The position numbers were made by a program, and so were the translations under genes. The notes beneath the pieces were generated by a model. That model did no database searches. It worked only from the letters and a program-made list of their open reading frames with translations, and was not told the DNA's origin. A stretch of DNA of 64,000 nt from Trypanosoma brucei (taxonomy: Eukaryota): the NCBI GenBank assembly GCA_000002445.1, contig CP000071.1:1984001-2048000 (forward strand), in the 5' to 3' direction. Below are positions 1 to 9,980 of this stretch, piece after piece; the stretch's first letter is position 1, and each line of letters opens with the position of its first letter.

Positions 1-1217
1 CGCTTCGCATATAATCTAAGGCCGACGATGTTTTGAAGATTGTGAACAATGTGCGTCGCTTCTTCCCTCGTCAAACAACGAAAAAAATCCCTTGCACCCT
101 GGGATACGGCGACACCCGATGCCGCACTGCCATCTTCCAACTGGTCACACTCACAGGAGGCTCCAGTGTTCCCAACTGGGGCACTGGGATAACAAATTAC
201 GGAGCTCAAGAACCGGGCGCTCATGAGGACCACATCCTCCTCCTCTCCAACCCAGTAACTCGTGTACGGAAGCAGACCATACGGCACATACGAAAGTAGA
301 GCATTCAGGGTTGACGCCACAAGCGGTTTCAGCAGCGACGCGTTCTCAGGGCTTAAAAGCACCTCTGTGAAGAAAACATCAGGGGTGTTGGGAGGAAGCA
401 ATAAAGGGTAAGACAACAGCACAGTTAGTGTACCAAGAAGTTCGTGACGGACAGCATGCGTTGTAGCTGTCACCGCTTTAGACTCTGCAGCCACCCGTTG
501 ACCAGCAACACCTGAGTACCACAGGAGTGACACGTCCGAATGGGTACACCCAGATGTTTCGGTGGGAGTGGTCCCCACACCTGCCCCCAAACCTTCAAGG
601 AAGCAGCAATCGAGTAGCAACCGGACGAGAAACTTCCCAAGGGGTTCGCTTTGTCCTGGAAGGGGGGGAAATGTCTCTTCCGGCTGCTCGTCGTTGCAGA
701 CACACCCACGTGCAAAAAATGACTGTACAAACATTTCGGTAAATGCTGTTCTCTTTCTTTTGTCGCGCAATGCTTTAGAGGAAGCTTGCATCGGCACTGC
801 GTCCCCACCATCTGCCTTGGAGTTGTCACTGCTGCCAGTGACCTCAGCTGATGAACCATCTACTTCCTCGCACGGGGTACCGCCGTCCTCCATGGCAATA
901 GGAAGAATCCGCCTCATCACCCGCAATGCATTTAGAAACGGTTGCACACCCACCACCTGCCCCTTTGAATTGGAACTACGACAGCTTGCGGCGGTGTTGG
1001 CGAGCACCTCAACGCACTTTAGCAGAAGCAACGCAAAGTTCCTTGTGTAACAGTGCCGCATAGTTCTTAGCGTGTGGAACGGTAAGGCGCGTTGCAACTC
1101 TTCATGGGAAAGTGGAGTATCAAGAAGAAGCTGAAGCACGCCGTCGCTGATTGGTACGTCAGATGTCATGGTGCGCAAAGCCCTTGCGACATCTATCGTA
1201 GAACCAGATGTACCCAT
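1..1217 (-). CDS. Hypothetical protein; partial, its 3' end runs off the window start
   Basis: I translated the minus strand by hand from the ATG at 1217 (an in-frame ATG also lies at 1169) down to position 1 and found no stop in at least 389 codons. It is absent from the ORF track because its stop codon lies outside the window. A polypyrimidine tract on the minus strand (plus-strand purine run 1261-1285) plus AG precedes the ATG. It is co-oriented with the minus-strand gene cluster. The N-terminus reads MGTSGST. I recognise no family. Confidence 0.4.
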   Translation of the reverse strand, partial: MGTSGSTIDVARALRTMTSDVPISDGVLQLLLDTPLSHEELQRALPFHTLRTMRHCYTRNFALLLLKCVEVLANTAASCRSSNSKGQVVGVQPFLNALRVMRRILPIAMEDGGTPCEEVDGSSAEVTGSSDNSKADGGDAVPMQASSKALRDKRKRTAFTEMFVQSFFARGCVCNDEQPEETFPPLPGQSEPLGKFLVRLLLDCCFLEGLGAGVGTTPTETSGCTHSDVSLLWYSGVAGQRVAAESKAVTATTHAVRHELLGTLTVLLSYPLLLPPNTPDVFFTEVLLSPENASLLKPLVASTLNALLSYVPYGLLPYTSYWVGEEEDVVLMSARFLSSVICYPSAPVGNTGASCECDQLEDGSAASGVAVSQGARDFFRCLTREEATHIVHNLQNIVGLRLYAK

Positions 1218-1820
1218 CTGATGGGGGTATGACCTTCCCTTGTCCACACATGAAGCATAAAGCAAAACCAAAAAAAGGAGCACGAAAGTGACAGCATAAA
1301 CCGCAACAAATAAGGGGCGAAAGCAAGGCAAAGGGAAAGCGGGCATCTGTGTCGAAAGAAAACATACATGGTTACGTGAGTTGTGACTGCAGGTGCAGCC
1401 GTGACGCACGTACAGACACAACAAATGCGGCATTGAGGGGAAAAAAAAGTCGCTGCATCCCATGAATGTATTCAACTAAAGGGGGAAAAAGGAAGACGAG
1501 GCCTAAAAAGTACAAACACGTAATTCGCGAAGTGCCGACAACGACAATCACGAAGCTCCCGAAAAGCAGACGTGCCACCAAACACCACAAATACAAAGGG
1601 GGAGAAATATCCACCAATTGGGCAGCCCCCGATACACTATAAACTACCAAAACACAACACTTCCGTCCACAGGATGCTAGGGTTTCAAAAGGAAATGTGT
1701 GCGCGGTTCCGTCCGACCTACCACGTGCGGAGCCACGGGATTTGACGCAATTAGGCGTATTTGGTCGACATCTTCGCTACCTATTACATCACCATTACGT
1801 CACCTCCATCCCCCCCCACG

Positions 1821-1857
1821 CACACACAAACACACAAACACACACAAACACACACAC
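1821..1857. repeat. CA-rich microsatellite of (CACACAAA)n type in an intergenic region
   Basis: Direct reading: cacacacaaacacacaaacacacacaaacacacacac, preceded by a C7 run at 1811-1817. Confidence 0.9.
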
Positions 1858-2192
1858 TTTCCTGCGTTCTTCTACCTCGGTCCTTTGCAAGAAGAAAAGT
1901 AATAATTAAGGGGCCACAAAGTATACACGTCTATGTCTATGCACGTGCACTCATTTAAATGCTACCCTTAGCACACATAACGACAAATGTAAACAGACGT
2001 ACTCAAACGAATACCACAGTACAATCTACACTAGTGCCTCCGCACATGTGATTTTCTGTCAGATATGTACAAACAAACAACGGTAAAACCAAATTACATG
2101 CATGTGCTCAAACTCGATTGCGTACGTGTCCGCAGACCGCATCTTCTTCTGGGACAGCCCGCACAATTTACATCTACTGACACATCTACGCC

Positions 2193-4703
2193 TCAATACA
2201 CTTGTTCCTCCAACCTAAATTCAGGGTACACCCTGTTGCGGCGAAGCAAGCGCTCCTTATCCCTTAGTGCTCGCAGCTCTACGGCCCTTCTCCTCGCAGC
2301 GTACACGCGGTAAGCACATTGTATGACCACCGCAGCACTGTGCCTGTGGGACTCCAAACGTCCTACTTCCTCGGCTAGAAGCTTCACTCGGTGGTGTTTT
2401 ACAGCTCTTTTCATGCGTTTGCGCACCAAGTAACCACGAAAAGCCGCTTGAATTCTTGTCGCGAGCTCCCTAAGCGCCGCAGCACGATAACAATTTCGAC
2501 CGTAGCAGCGCCTCACGTGCACCTCTCTACCGTGAACTCGGCGGACTAAAAACCCTCGAAAAGTCTTCTGAATTACAGTGGCACTGTGCTCTCTGGAATA
2601 CCTATAATGATGAAGCACGTACCGCTTGAATTGTCCTGTATCACGCCACTTGGCCAATAAAAAGGCATGCCGGCGATACGCAACTTGAATTTGTCGGGCA
2701 GCAAATTCACGTCTTTCATGCTCCGCTCGCTCCAACAACTCATTCCGCCTTTCCTCACGGTACTGGAGGAAGCTGGCACGCGCAACGCGTGCCCGGTACA
2801 TACCTTGCATCCTCGCTATCCGTTGTATATAAGCCTGTTTCTCAGCCCTCCGCCTCTGTAACTCCCTCTTCGCTAACCAAATCCGCGCATTTTTCTGCAA
2901 CGTAATAACCGCGGCCCCCTCGAAGTGCCTCGCTCGCATCAACGGGAGTGCTGAAACCTCGCTACACTTCTTAGCTGCAACAACCATACGAAGGAAGCGG
3001 ATGATTCGCTTCGCACACAATTTTTCCAATGTCTGCTGCACCAACCGCTTGGTTTTCATAGCCTCCTTCAGCTTGACAAAATCCTGTACGAAATTGAAGG
3101 CAATAAGCGCCTCCTTTATCATATGAGTTGCCCTCCATCGCTCCTCGAACGCGTTTTCGGCCTGTACAAGAGCCGAAAGTCGGCTGTTCAACACCTTCTT
3201 GAGGCCGGCAACATTCCGTAGCGCATCATTAATGGTCTTCTCTGACATAGGTGGCAATGGAACGATGGTCTTCACGATACCGGCCATCACTGGGGACGGA
3301 ACAAGATTGGGCTTCCCTTTGCCCTGTGGAATGATAAATCCCTGATTGTGGCGTGGAGCAAACGGTGACCATACAGACCTTTTGGCAAACGTGAGGCACC
3401 CCCTCTCAGCCTCATCGGCAATCTGCAGGGGTGTCTCCTTCAGCAATGACAGCATTGCAACACCCCTCAGGGAGTCAAATGTAACAAACGAAAAAGGCGA
3501 TTCATATGTTTCATCCTTTCCAAAAACGCGCTCTTGGGCCTCCCTTGGCCCCATGAGTGGGACGATTAAATTCTCTAAACCTTTGTTAAGTATTGCCCAT
3601 CGCACCTCGTCATTGATGGGAGGAGGTTCAAACAAATCGCTTTTGTCGTCACCTGTTGCTGAGGACGCCCCACTTTTAGCCTTTCCCCTCATGTTTAGAC
3701 TCCTGGAAGCCCTATGAGAGGCTCTCTTCCGACTCACACCCGACACCCTCTGGCGCATCGGGAAATCCAACCCCAAAATGGCATCCAGATCGAGCGCTGC
3801 CGCCGCTTGCCGGGCGATAGCTTCATTTCGTCGCTGCTGCACGATTTCCTGGAACCTTTTATGGGAATCTTCAATAATCTTGGACCATTGTTGGTATGGA
3901 TTCCCAACAATTGTGCACTCCGCATCCGTATAATACTTTTCTGCCTCCGGCAATGAGCTGTACTCACCAGCTATGCCCAAGTTGAAATATGCGCACGCAA
4001 TAAGGAGATCATCCAAATCTTTGTTCACACCGTCCCCACTACACAACGTAATGCCGTTATCTTCGGCGTTATCCTCTTGTTTGCAGACTTCTATAGCCGT
4101 TAGACGGGCCTCTTGGAAGGAACATTTGCTTATGTGCACGACACACATGTTAAGAAGCGCTATACGAGCTAACTGCTCAGTTAATGCCGAGTTCAACGCC
4201 AACTGTAGAAAGTAAAAGGCCCTATCGAGGTCTCCCCGTCGGATAAGTAGACAACCCCAGTTATTCAGGGTTACAGCCACAAGAAACGACATACCCTCAT
4301 CTTCAATAATACTGCTGTTGCTGCCGGATCCCATGCTGCACTTCGCTACATCCTCTATGCGTGCGGTTAAAAGACCCCCCCGTACATAACCTCTTTCTTC
4401 CAACTTCCTTAGGGAGTAAAGCAAAAAATCCTCCGCCTGCTTATCATTTGCAGAGGCCGCATTGGCACCGAACATGTTGCAGTACAGTATAAAATATCTG
4501 AACAAGACATCTTGTGGCACCGGATCACAAGACTCCAACGGTGTGTAGGGCGGGGCAACAAGCAACTCTTTTTGCGAGGTAGAGAGGGCGCGTTCATAGG
4601 CTTTCATCGCCAAGAGATACTTGGATCCGGTATACAACTGCACGGCCTTCTGCATGTAGTCCTCCTCCGTCGGTGCATCGCCCTCTGGTACGCTGCTTGC
4701 CAT
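2193..4703 (-). CDS. IQ calmodulin-binding-motif protein with TPR-like helical repeats in the N-terminal half; hypothetical
   Basis: 861-codon ORF in the track. The C-terminal third has several IQ-like motifs (ATVIQKTFRGFLVRR, ATRIQAAFRGYLVRKR, AVVIQCAYRVYAARRR). The track start at 4778 is a TTG codon. The first ATG is at 4703 (MASSVPEG...) and is preceded on the minus strand by a polypyrimidine tract and AG. The next upstream gene ends only 90 nt away at 4869. Confidence 0.6.
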   Translation of the reverse strand: MASSVPEGDAPTEEDYMQKAVQLYTGSKYLLAMKAYERALSTSQKELLVAPPYTPLESCDPVPQDVLFRYFILYCNMFGANAASANDKQAEDFLLYSLRKLEERGYVRGGLLTARIEDVAKCSMGSGSNSSIIEDEGMSFLVAVTLNNWGCLLIRRGDLDRAFYFLQLALNSALTEQLARIALLNMCVVHISKCSFQEARLTAIEVCKQEDNAEDNGITLCSGDGVNKDLDDLLIACAYFNLGIAGEYSSLPEAEKYYTDAECTIVGNPYQQWSKIIEDSHKRFQEIVQQRRNEAIARQAAAALDLDAILGLDFPMRQRVSGVSRKRASHRASRSLNMRGKAKSGASSATGDDKSDLFEPPPINDEVRWAILNKGLENLIVPLMGPREAQERVFGKDETYESPFSFVTFDSLRGVAMLSLLKETPLQIADEAERGCLTFAKRSVWSPFAPRHNQGFIIPQGKGKPNLVPSPVMAGIVKTIVPLPPMSEKTINDALRNVAGLKKVLNSRLSALVQAENAFEERWRATHMIKEALIAFNFVQDFVKLKEAMKTKRLVQQTLEKLCAKRIIRFLRMVVAAKKCSEVSALPLMRARHFEGAAVITLQKNARIWLAKRELQRRRAEKQAYIQRIARMQGMYRARVARASFLQYREERRNELLERAEHERREFAARQIQVAYRRHAFLLAKWRDTGQFKRYVLHHYRYSREHSATVIQKTFRGFLVRRVHGREVHVRRCYGRNCYRAAALRELATRIQAAFRGYLVRKRMKRAVKHHRVKLLAEEVGRLESHRHSAAVVIQCAYRVYAARRRAVELRALRDKERLLRRNRVYPEFRLEEQVY

Positions 4704-4868
4704 ATCTAAATTACTACGTTTACGAGTGCATGTGGGGAAGAAGAACAGAAAAAAATTAACGAGGAGGTGCAATAGCAAAAGCTCTTACATTCGCTTGAAT
4801 AAAATTCAAAAAAGAACATAAGCAAATCTCCGCCGAAAAAAAAAAATTCTCACCAAATGGCGAACAAT

Positions 4869-7550
4869 TTATGTGGAAGGTGTTAGTAGAAGTTGTCGAC
4901 GGCGCCTTCCTTCACCGTTAATCGTGTTGCGCCCCCCCTTAGAGGTATCTTTTGAAAGCAGCATGTAGCTGCTACCACTTGCTCCCCCCAAACTGCCGAA
5001 TTCATCCGCTGCATGCTCCTTGTGAAGTGCTACCGCACACCACTTGAGGAAGGAAACGATGTCCGATACGTCATCCGTTTGCAATACCCATGTGTCATTG
5101 GCCTCGATGTACTGATCAAGTTCGGCAGACGCACCGATAGGAGTTCGGTAACAAACCACAATCTTCATTGCGCGGCCAAAAAACAAAACGTCATCAACCA
5201 GCAGTTCCCCAAACCGCATTCCCACAACTTGGAATACAATCCTTCGAGTACCTAACTTCGAGGCTTCCCGATGAAGCATTCTTGCGCTGTGCCACGAATC
5301 AACCTTAAAGACAACACCCACTTGAATACAACTGTTAACGAACTCATCGTATGCTTCCTGAGACTGGGGTTGGGACTCCAGCTGTAATTGCGACCACATA
5401 CGCTCAACATGAAGCTTAGAACCAACGCTCATGACCCCAACATGGGATGCCGTCTGTGATGGCAACCTACCCTTATCACTCTCGCCCTCCGCATTTTTTT
5501 CCAACATATATTCAGCGATGCTCCTTACGCCGAGATGAGAAACAGATGGCAAGTGCTCTTTTGCATTTTCCGATACTTCTAATTGCGGTGAATGTGTCTT
5601 CGGCGCATGCCCATAAAGCAGTTGGTATTCCAAAGAAGTGGTATCTTTCAGTTGGCCATAATCACCCAAATGAGGAAAGGATACGTCCATTCCCCGGGGG
5701 CGAAGAAGATGTAATTTGCTGGGGAAACATTCCACAAACCATTGGAGTAAGCGTCGGTAACCGAATATACGGTCCCTCTCACCTACTGACGGAATTGAGA
5801 GGACGTGGGTTCCCGCCCCCGGACAACCACTGGTACTGTGCGCATCAACGAGGGTGACTGCCGTTCCTGGCAACGCTCGATCTACAAAATTGCCGTAGGC
5901 ATCCACCATATAGTCCACGTATCCCTTGGACTGATCGACAATAAAGGGCATCCCCTTTGTGATGCATCCCTCCCTGACGACAACAGTTAGCACAAGGCAA
6001 TTTGAACTGGTAGGGTTATTACTGTTCATTTTATTACGGACAGCATTGACGGAAGAGTTGATACGTACGGACACGCTGTTCCGCTCAAAGCGAGATTGCT
6101 GTTTTCTGGAAGTCATATCCTTCCTCTTTACGATATCCTGAACACCCTTTTTTGTTCTGAACCCTTCCTCGTCAAAGAGGTGTTTCGACGACTCTAAAAC
6201 AACACCTTGAATTGAACAGCAATGCGAAGTATAATCCGCCGCCCGGCTCATACATTTTGGCGGAAATGCGGATGTCATAAGCTCCACAACAGACCAAAAA
6301 AGATCGATATTCCTGTCGCCCTTGGCCGAAACGCACACCCCAACACAGCTACGGCTTAAGTCAACACAGGGATTTTTCCTACTACCTCGGTAAGTATGGT
6401 CAATAGTCTTCATGGGAGCAAATAATTGAAGAAGATTTGCAGCGCCATCGCACGCGTCAGTTAATACTTCGGTCGCGGATTGGTCAGCGCGAAGTCTCTC
6501 CAGGTCCCTGTGGCTTCGAACTAGCGTAACATTCAAACCAGCCCCTCGAAGATCGATAAGGGTCTTGGACACGGCTTCAGCAGCTTTCCGAGCGTTCGAA
6601 AATAAATCCATTTTATTGAGCACGACAACGACAGGGTTATCAACGTTTAACGCTACCTTAATGGTTTCGTAGGTCTGGCTTCCAACGCCATCAACCACCG
6701 ATACTACTAAAGCGATAAAATCGGCAACATTTTGCGCGTGTAGACGCGTTTCAGTAAATGTACGCTCACCCGGTGTATCCAGTAAAGTAACCGTCGGGCG
6801 GCGTCCCTCAATATACGGAACCGTAAAGGCCCTTAGACACTGGGTCGATCCCCTAGACTCTTCGCCGCGTAAGTTGGTCTCTTGTAAAGTATCAAGGAAG
6901 GTAGTTTTTCCATGCTGGGTGTGACCCATAACTGCGATTACCGGAACTCGAGTAAACGTACGTGGATGCAAACGTTTGAGATAATCAATACCGGTAGAGA
7001 CGTACACATCTTTTTCAACCCACTGAATGAATCGATTGCTCCCAAATCCAGTGGCGTCACGGGAAATTCGGAGCTCCTCTCTTTTCAGCTCCATTGCCGA
7101 TTCCCTTCGCACATAATCGGGAAGTCTCTTCAGTATAATGTTCGTAGCAATCTGGTATGGTACAATACACGTGGCAAGGCGTTCGTTCCGGAGACCATAC
7201 TCTTCCCAGACAGCGCGCTCAACTTCCTTTTCCCGCAAGTTAAGCAGTGGAGCCAAGTCTTCTCGAACTTTGCCACGAGTGTTGCAGTCAAAAGACTTGC
7301 AGCGGGCGGAACTGTTCCTCGCGAGAAAGTCTTCTTCGCAGAAATTTGCAAGCCTGTTTGTGCAAGAACGAACAAAACCAACAAAGGAGGTTACGTCCAT
7401 AACCGAAGGAAGTGAGTAAAATGCATTGCATGGCCTCTTCTGAAAAAAACGAGTGTGACGCATGCTTACACCATCGCTTTCTAGAAGGAGAAAGTGAGGA
7501 CAAACGACAGATATTGACAACATGATCAATAAGAGATCGGGCTTAAACAT
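4869..7550 (-). CDS. Translation initiation factor IF-2-like GTPase, probably mitochondrial, with a non-canonical switch II
   Basis: The G domain has the bacterial/organellar IF-2 motif order: G1 GHTQHGKTT, G3 DTPGERTF, G4 NKMD, with spacing that aligns to IF-2 (ITFLDTPGHAAFT...VVAADDGV...NKIDK). A long C-terminal extension is consistent with IF-2 domains. The N-terminus is hydrophobic and basic, presequence-like. Confidence 0.6.
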   Translation of the reverse strand: MFKPDLLLIMLSISVVCPHFLLLESDGVSMRHTRFFQKRPCNAFYSLPSVMDVTSFVGFVRSCTNRLANFCEEDFLARNSSARCKSFDCNTRGKVREDLAPLLNLREKEVERAVWEEYGLRNERLATCIVPYQIATNIILKRLPDYVRRESAMELKREELRISRDATGFGSNRFIQWVEKDVYVSTGIDYLKRLHPRTFTRVPVIAVMGHTQHGKTTFLDTLQETNLRGEESRGSTQCLRAFTVPYIEGRRPTVTLLDTPGERTFTETRLHAQNVADFIALVVSVVDGVGSQTYETIKVALNVDNPVVVVLNKMDLFSNARKAAEAVSKTLIDLRGAGLNVTLVRSHRDLERLRADQSATEVLTDACDGAANLLQLFAPMKTIDHTYRGSRKNPCVDLSRSCVGVCVSAKGDRNIDLFWSVVELMTSAFPPKCMSRAADYTSHCCSIQGVVLESSKHLFDEEGFRTKKGVQDIVKRKDMTSRKQQSRFERNSVSVRINSSVNAVRNKMNSNNPTSSNCLVLTVVVREGCITKGMPFIVDQSKGYVDYMVDAYGNFVDRALPGTAVTLVDAHSTSGCPGAGTHVLSIPSVGERDRIFGYRRLLQWFVECFPSKLHLLRPRGMDVSFPHLGDYGQLKDTTSLEYQLLYGHAPKTHSPQLEVSENAKEHLPSVSHLGVRSIAEYMLEKNAEGESDKGRLPSQTASHVGVMSVGSKLHVERMWSQLQLESQPQSQEAYDEFVNSCIQVGVVFKVDSWHSARMLHREASKLGTRRIVFQVVGMRFGELLVDDVLFFGRAMKIVVCYRTPIGASAELDQYIEANDTWVLQTDDVSDIVSFLKWCAVALHKEHAADEFGSLGGASGSSYMLLSKDTSKGGRNTINGEGRRRRQLLLTPST

Positions 7551-8260
7551 CGGTAGGTGTTCACATCAATATATGTATACAGCAAAAGTTTAATAAACAA
7601 TACCCCTGGACAGAATCAGCCAGTGAGAAAAGAAACGGAAACATTAAATAAAAAGGGGATGTAGTAGGGTACACTGATAACTACACCAAACATACCTAAT
7701 AAAAATAATACTAGTGATACTAATAAACAAACTTCTTTAAAAGATGCCCAGTCTTTTCCTTCGTTCCTCCACGAAGTGCAAGTTGTCCTGTACGGGAAAC
7801 TCTCTACGCCTTGAAGAATAAGGCAACACAGAAAAAGGGCAGCATTGCCCTCAATGAAAGCAAGAAGACTCCACTGTCAACCCATAGAGTATAAAGCATC
7901 TTCTCACGAGCCATGACATAGCTCGGATGGGTGTAAAAGACATTGGTTGCCCTCCCTCGTACTATCTTGTCCGCAAGCGTTGCACATGACTTTTCCACCT
8001 GAAGTGAAATTGAGCGAGCGTATCGCGTGACGACGGGATTTGAAAGGCGATATCCAAGTGAACGAATCATTATTTTTTTTTTGACAACCCCTAGTACAAT
8101 CAAATATGGTTGCAACAAGTGAACAGTTGAGGAAATGGAGGGGGGAAAATAGTGGCAAATGAGCAATAATAAAGCAGAACTTACCAAACAGTGGGTCAAA
8201 AATGTTCGATATATGATTCACAAGAAGGAGAAATTAGTATAGCACGTACAAGTCAAAAAA

Positions 8261-8896
8261 TCATGTGGCAACGGATCTGAAATCAAGAACAAATTGGGTT
8301 TCGCCTTTCTCATTCCGGCTTGCTTGAATTTTGATGGGCCCACTGGGGTACATTACTTGAACAAACCCCCGCAAGATACTAACCGCATACCTCAACACAT
8401 CACTGTCGGGGGGCAAAACACTCCCACTCTCCTTTCCTTGATCGGTGGGTCCATCACCCCCACAATACTTTTCTGAAGAGTCATACGGGTACCCATCAAC
8501 TGCAGAAACGATTTGGTCCGACTTTGCATCCGAAAATCCTTGAAGCCAGCGAAAATTGTTGTCGATTAAGCAAAAATAAATTTTGTCCATATGCTTCATT
8601 CTGTCAACCTTCTTTCCAAACACGGTCTTCCACAGGTGCTGACCCACAAAACGAGCTACGTCATTGGGGGTCGAACCCCCAAATGTTGCTTCTCGATATA
8701 ATAAACGCTCAGCCGAGCGTAAACCTACAAGGAGACCCAGTCTCTCGATGCCTTTGGAGCCAAATTCAGTATCAACCTCTTTGTTCCTACAAAAATTGAT
8801 CTCTTTCTTCTGACTGTTGCCTCTCAGCGCATATGAAACAAGTTCTAAACTCAGTTCTGACACCACACTCTCACTAACCAAGCCATGTTGACTCAT
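8261..8896 (-). CDS. TRAPP complex Bet3-family subunit, most like TRAPPC5/Trs31
   Basis: I recalled the human TRAPPC5 sequence and aligned it by eye. LWKTVFGKKVD corresponds to VWKALFGKEAD, and KIYFCLIDNNF to TFYIIEREP. The N-terminal SELSLELVSY corresponds to LSAFALLFSELV. Confidence 0.5.
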   Translation of the reverse strand: MSQHGLVSESVVSELSLELVSYALRGNSQKKEINFCRNKEVDTEFGSKGIERLGLLVGLRSAERLLYREATFGGSTPNDVARFVGQHLWKTVFGKKVDRMKHMDKIYFCLIDNNFRWLQGFSDAKSDQIVSAVDGYPYDSSEKYCGGDGPTDQGKESGSVLPPDSDVLRYAVSILRGFVQVMYPSGPIKIQASRNEKGETQFVLDFRSVAT

Positions 8897-9115
8897 CCTT
8901 TCCTCACTTCACTACATATATGTATATTTTAAAGAGCAAATGTAGTTGGATCGTCCCTTAGCAACCTTATGATAGAGTTTAGCGACTACTTCAGTTACCA
9001 TCACATATTATACTACCGCTTACAAATGAAATTGCGGTATCACAAACATCGTTGTATAAACACACTGAGAGCACCGTTTTGTTTGGAGTAGTCTTTACCT
9101 GAAAAGGGGGGGAAA

Positions 9116-9703
9116 TTATTGCTTCGCCTTGGGGACAACCTCAGACACAGCGTACGGACTACCAACAATGACACACCCCTCCTGTACGTACGGAACAAGT
9201 GCATCTCTCAACCCCATAAGTGCATCTAACCCACCGGTTACCCTTCCAAACGCCACGTGCCTCTTATCTAAAGAATCCAATTCCAGTCGATTGTCTGTTA
9301 AACAAAAGAAAAATGACTCGTCAAAGCTTGTGGATGAACGGCAAAGAGAGGCAATGCCCACCCCGTGGTTTACACGTCCGATTTCTGCTTCTAGCTCGGA
9401 AAGAGGAACGGCCCGAGGGCCTGAACCATCGGCAACCTGGAGTGCCTCTTTTGTCAACCTGACAAAACGGCACCCCTTGTAAGAGCCCCTCTTCGCGTTA
9501 CGCTTGTCACCCACAGTTGGGAAGGCACACGTTTGCAAGAAAAGATCACATGCTTTGGGGACTTTGTTTACGAATAATTCTACATCGATTCTTGTGAACG
9601 GTTCATCACCATCTTTCACAACAAACATCGAAACCACAGGCATGTTATCATCCCCGGTTCCCTCATGAAACTTGTGGACTTTGTTGGACCTCTTGACTGG
9701 CAT
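9116..9703 (-). CDS. Cyclophilin-type peptidyl-prolyl isomerase-like protein, divergent
   Basis: YKGCRFVRL corresponds to YKGSCFHRI, FFFCLTDN...LDKRHVAFGRVTGGLDAL to QFFICT...LDGKHVVFGKV.EGM.VV. The GGDF/NGTGG region is poorly conserved, so activity is uncertain. Confidence 0.55.
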   Translation of the reverse strand: MPVKRSNKVHKFHEGTGDDNMPVVSMFVVKDGDEPFTRIDVELFVNKVPKACDLFLQTCAFPTVGDKRNAKRGSYKGCRFVRLTKEALQVADGSGPRAVPLSELEAEIGRVNHGVGIASLCRSSTSFDESFFFCLTDNRLELDSLDKRHVAFGRVTGGLDALMGLRDALVPYVQEGCVIVGSPYAVSEVVPKAKQ

Positions 9704-9980
9704 CGCTACGTGACTTCACTTCAAACCCCACAACTCCAACACCAGTAGAAACGAGACAGACTAAATACGTCCAAATGTCACCAATGCAACGTCCTACGTG
9801 AAAGCAGAAGTCAAAAAGAGAGCAAAATAATTTTTACACCAGGGGTTTCAATTACATGAAAGGAATTCGCCTGTGAGAACTCGTGTGCACGCGATTTCCA
9901 TTTTTTTTTCCAGAAAAAAGAAAGCGAAGGACCAGGAAGTAAGTATAAATGAGTATGCCACGCCTGCTACACGTATGCAG

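Noticed and set aside
470-1050. Track ORFs 470..859 minus and 562..1050 plus at the window start.
   Set aside because: A longer uninterrupted minus-strand frame (1..1217) spans them and fits the cluster orientation, so I treat these as shadow ORFs.
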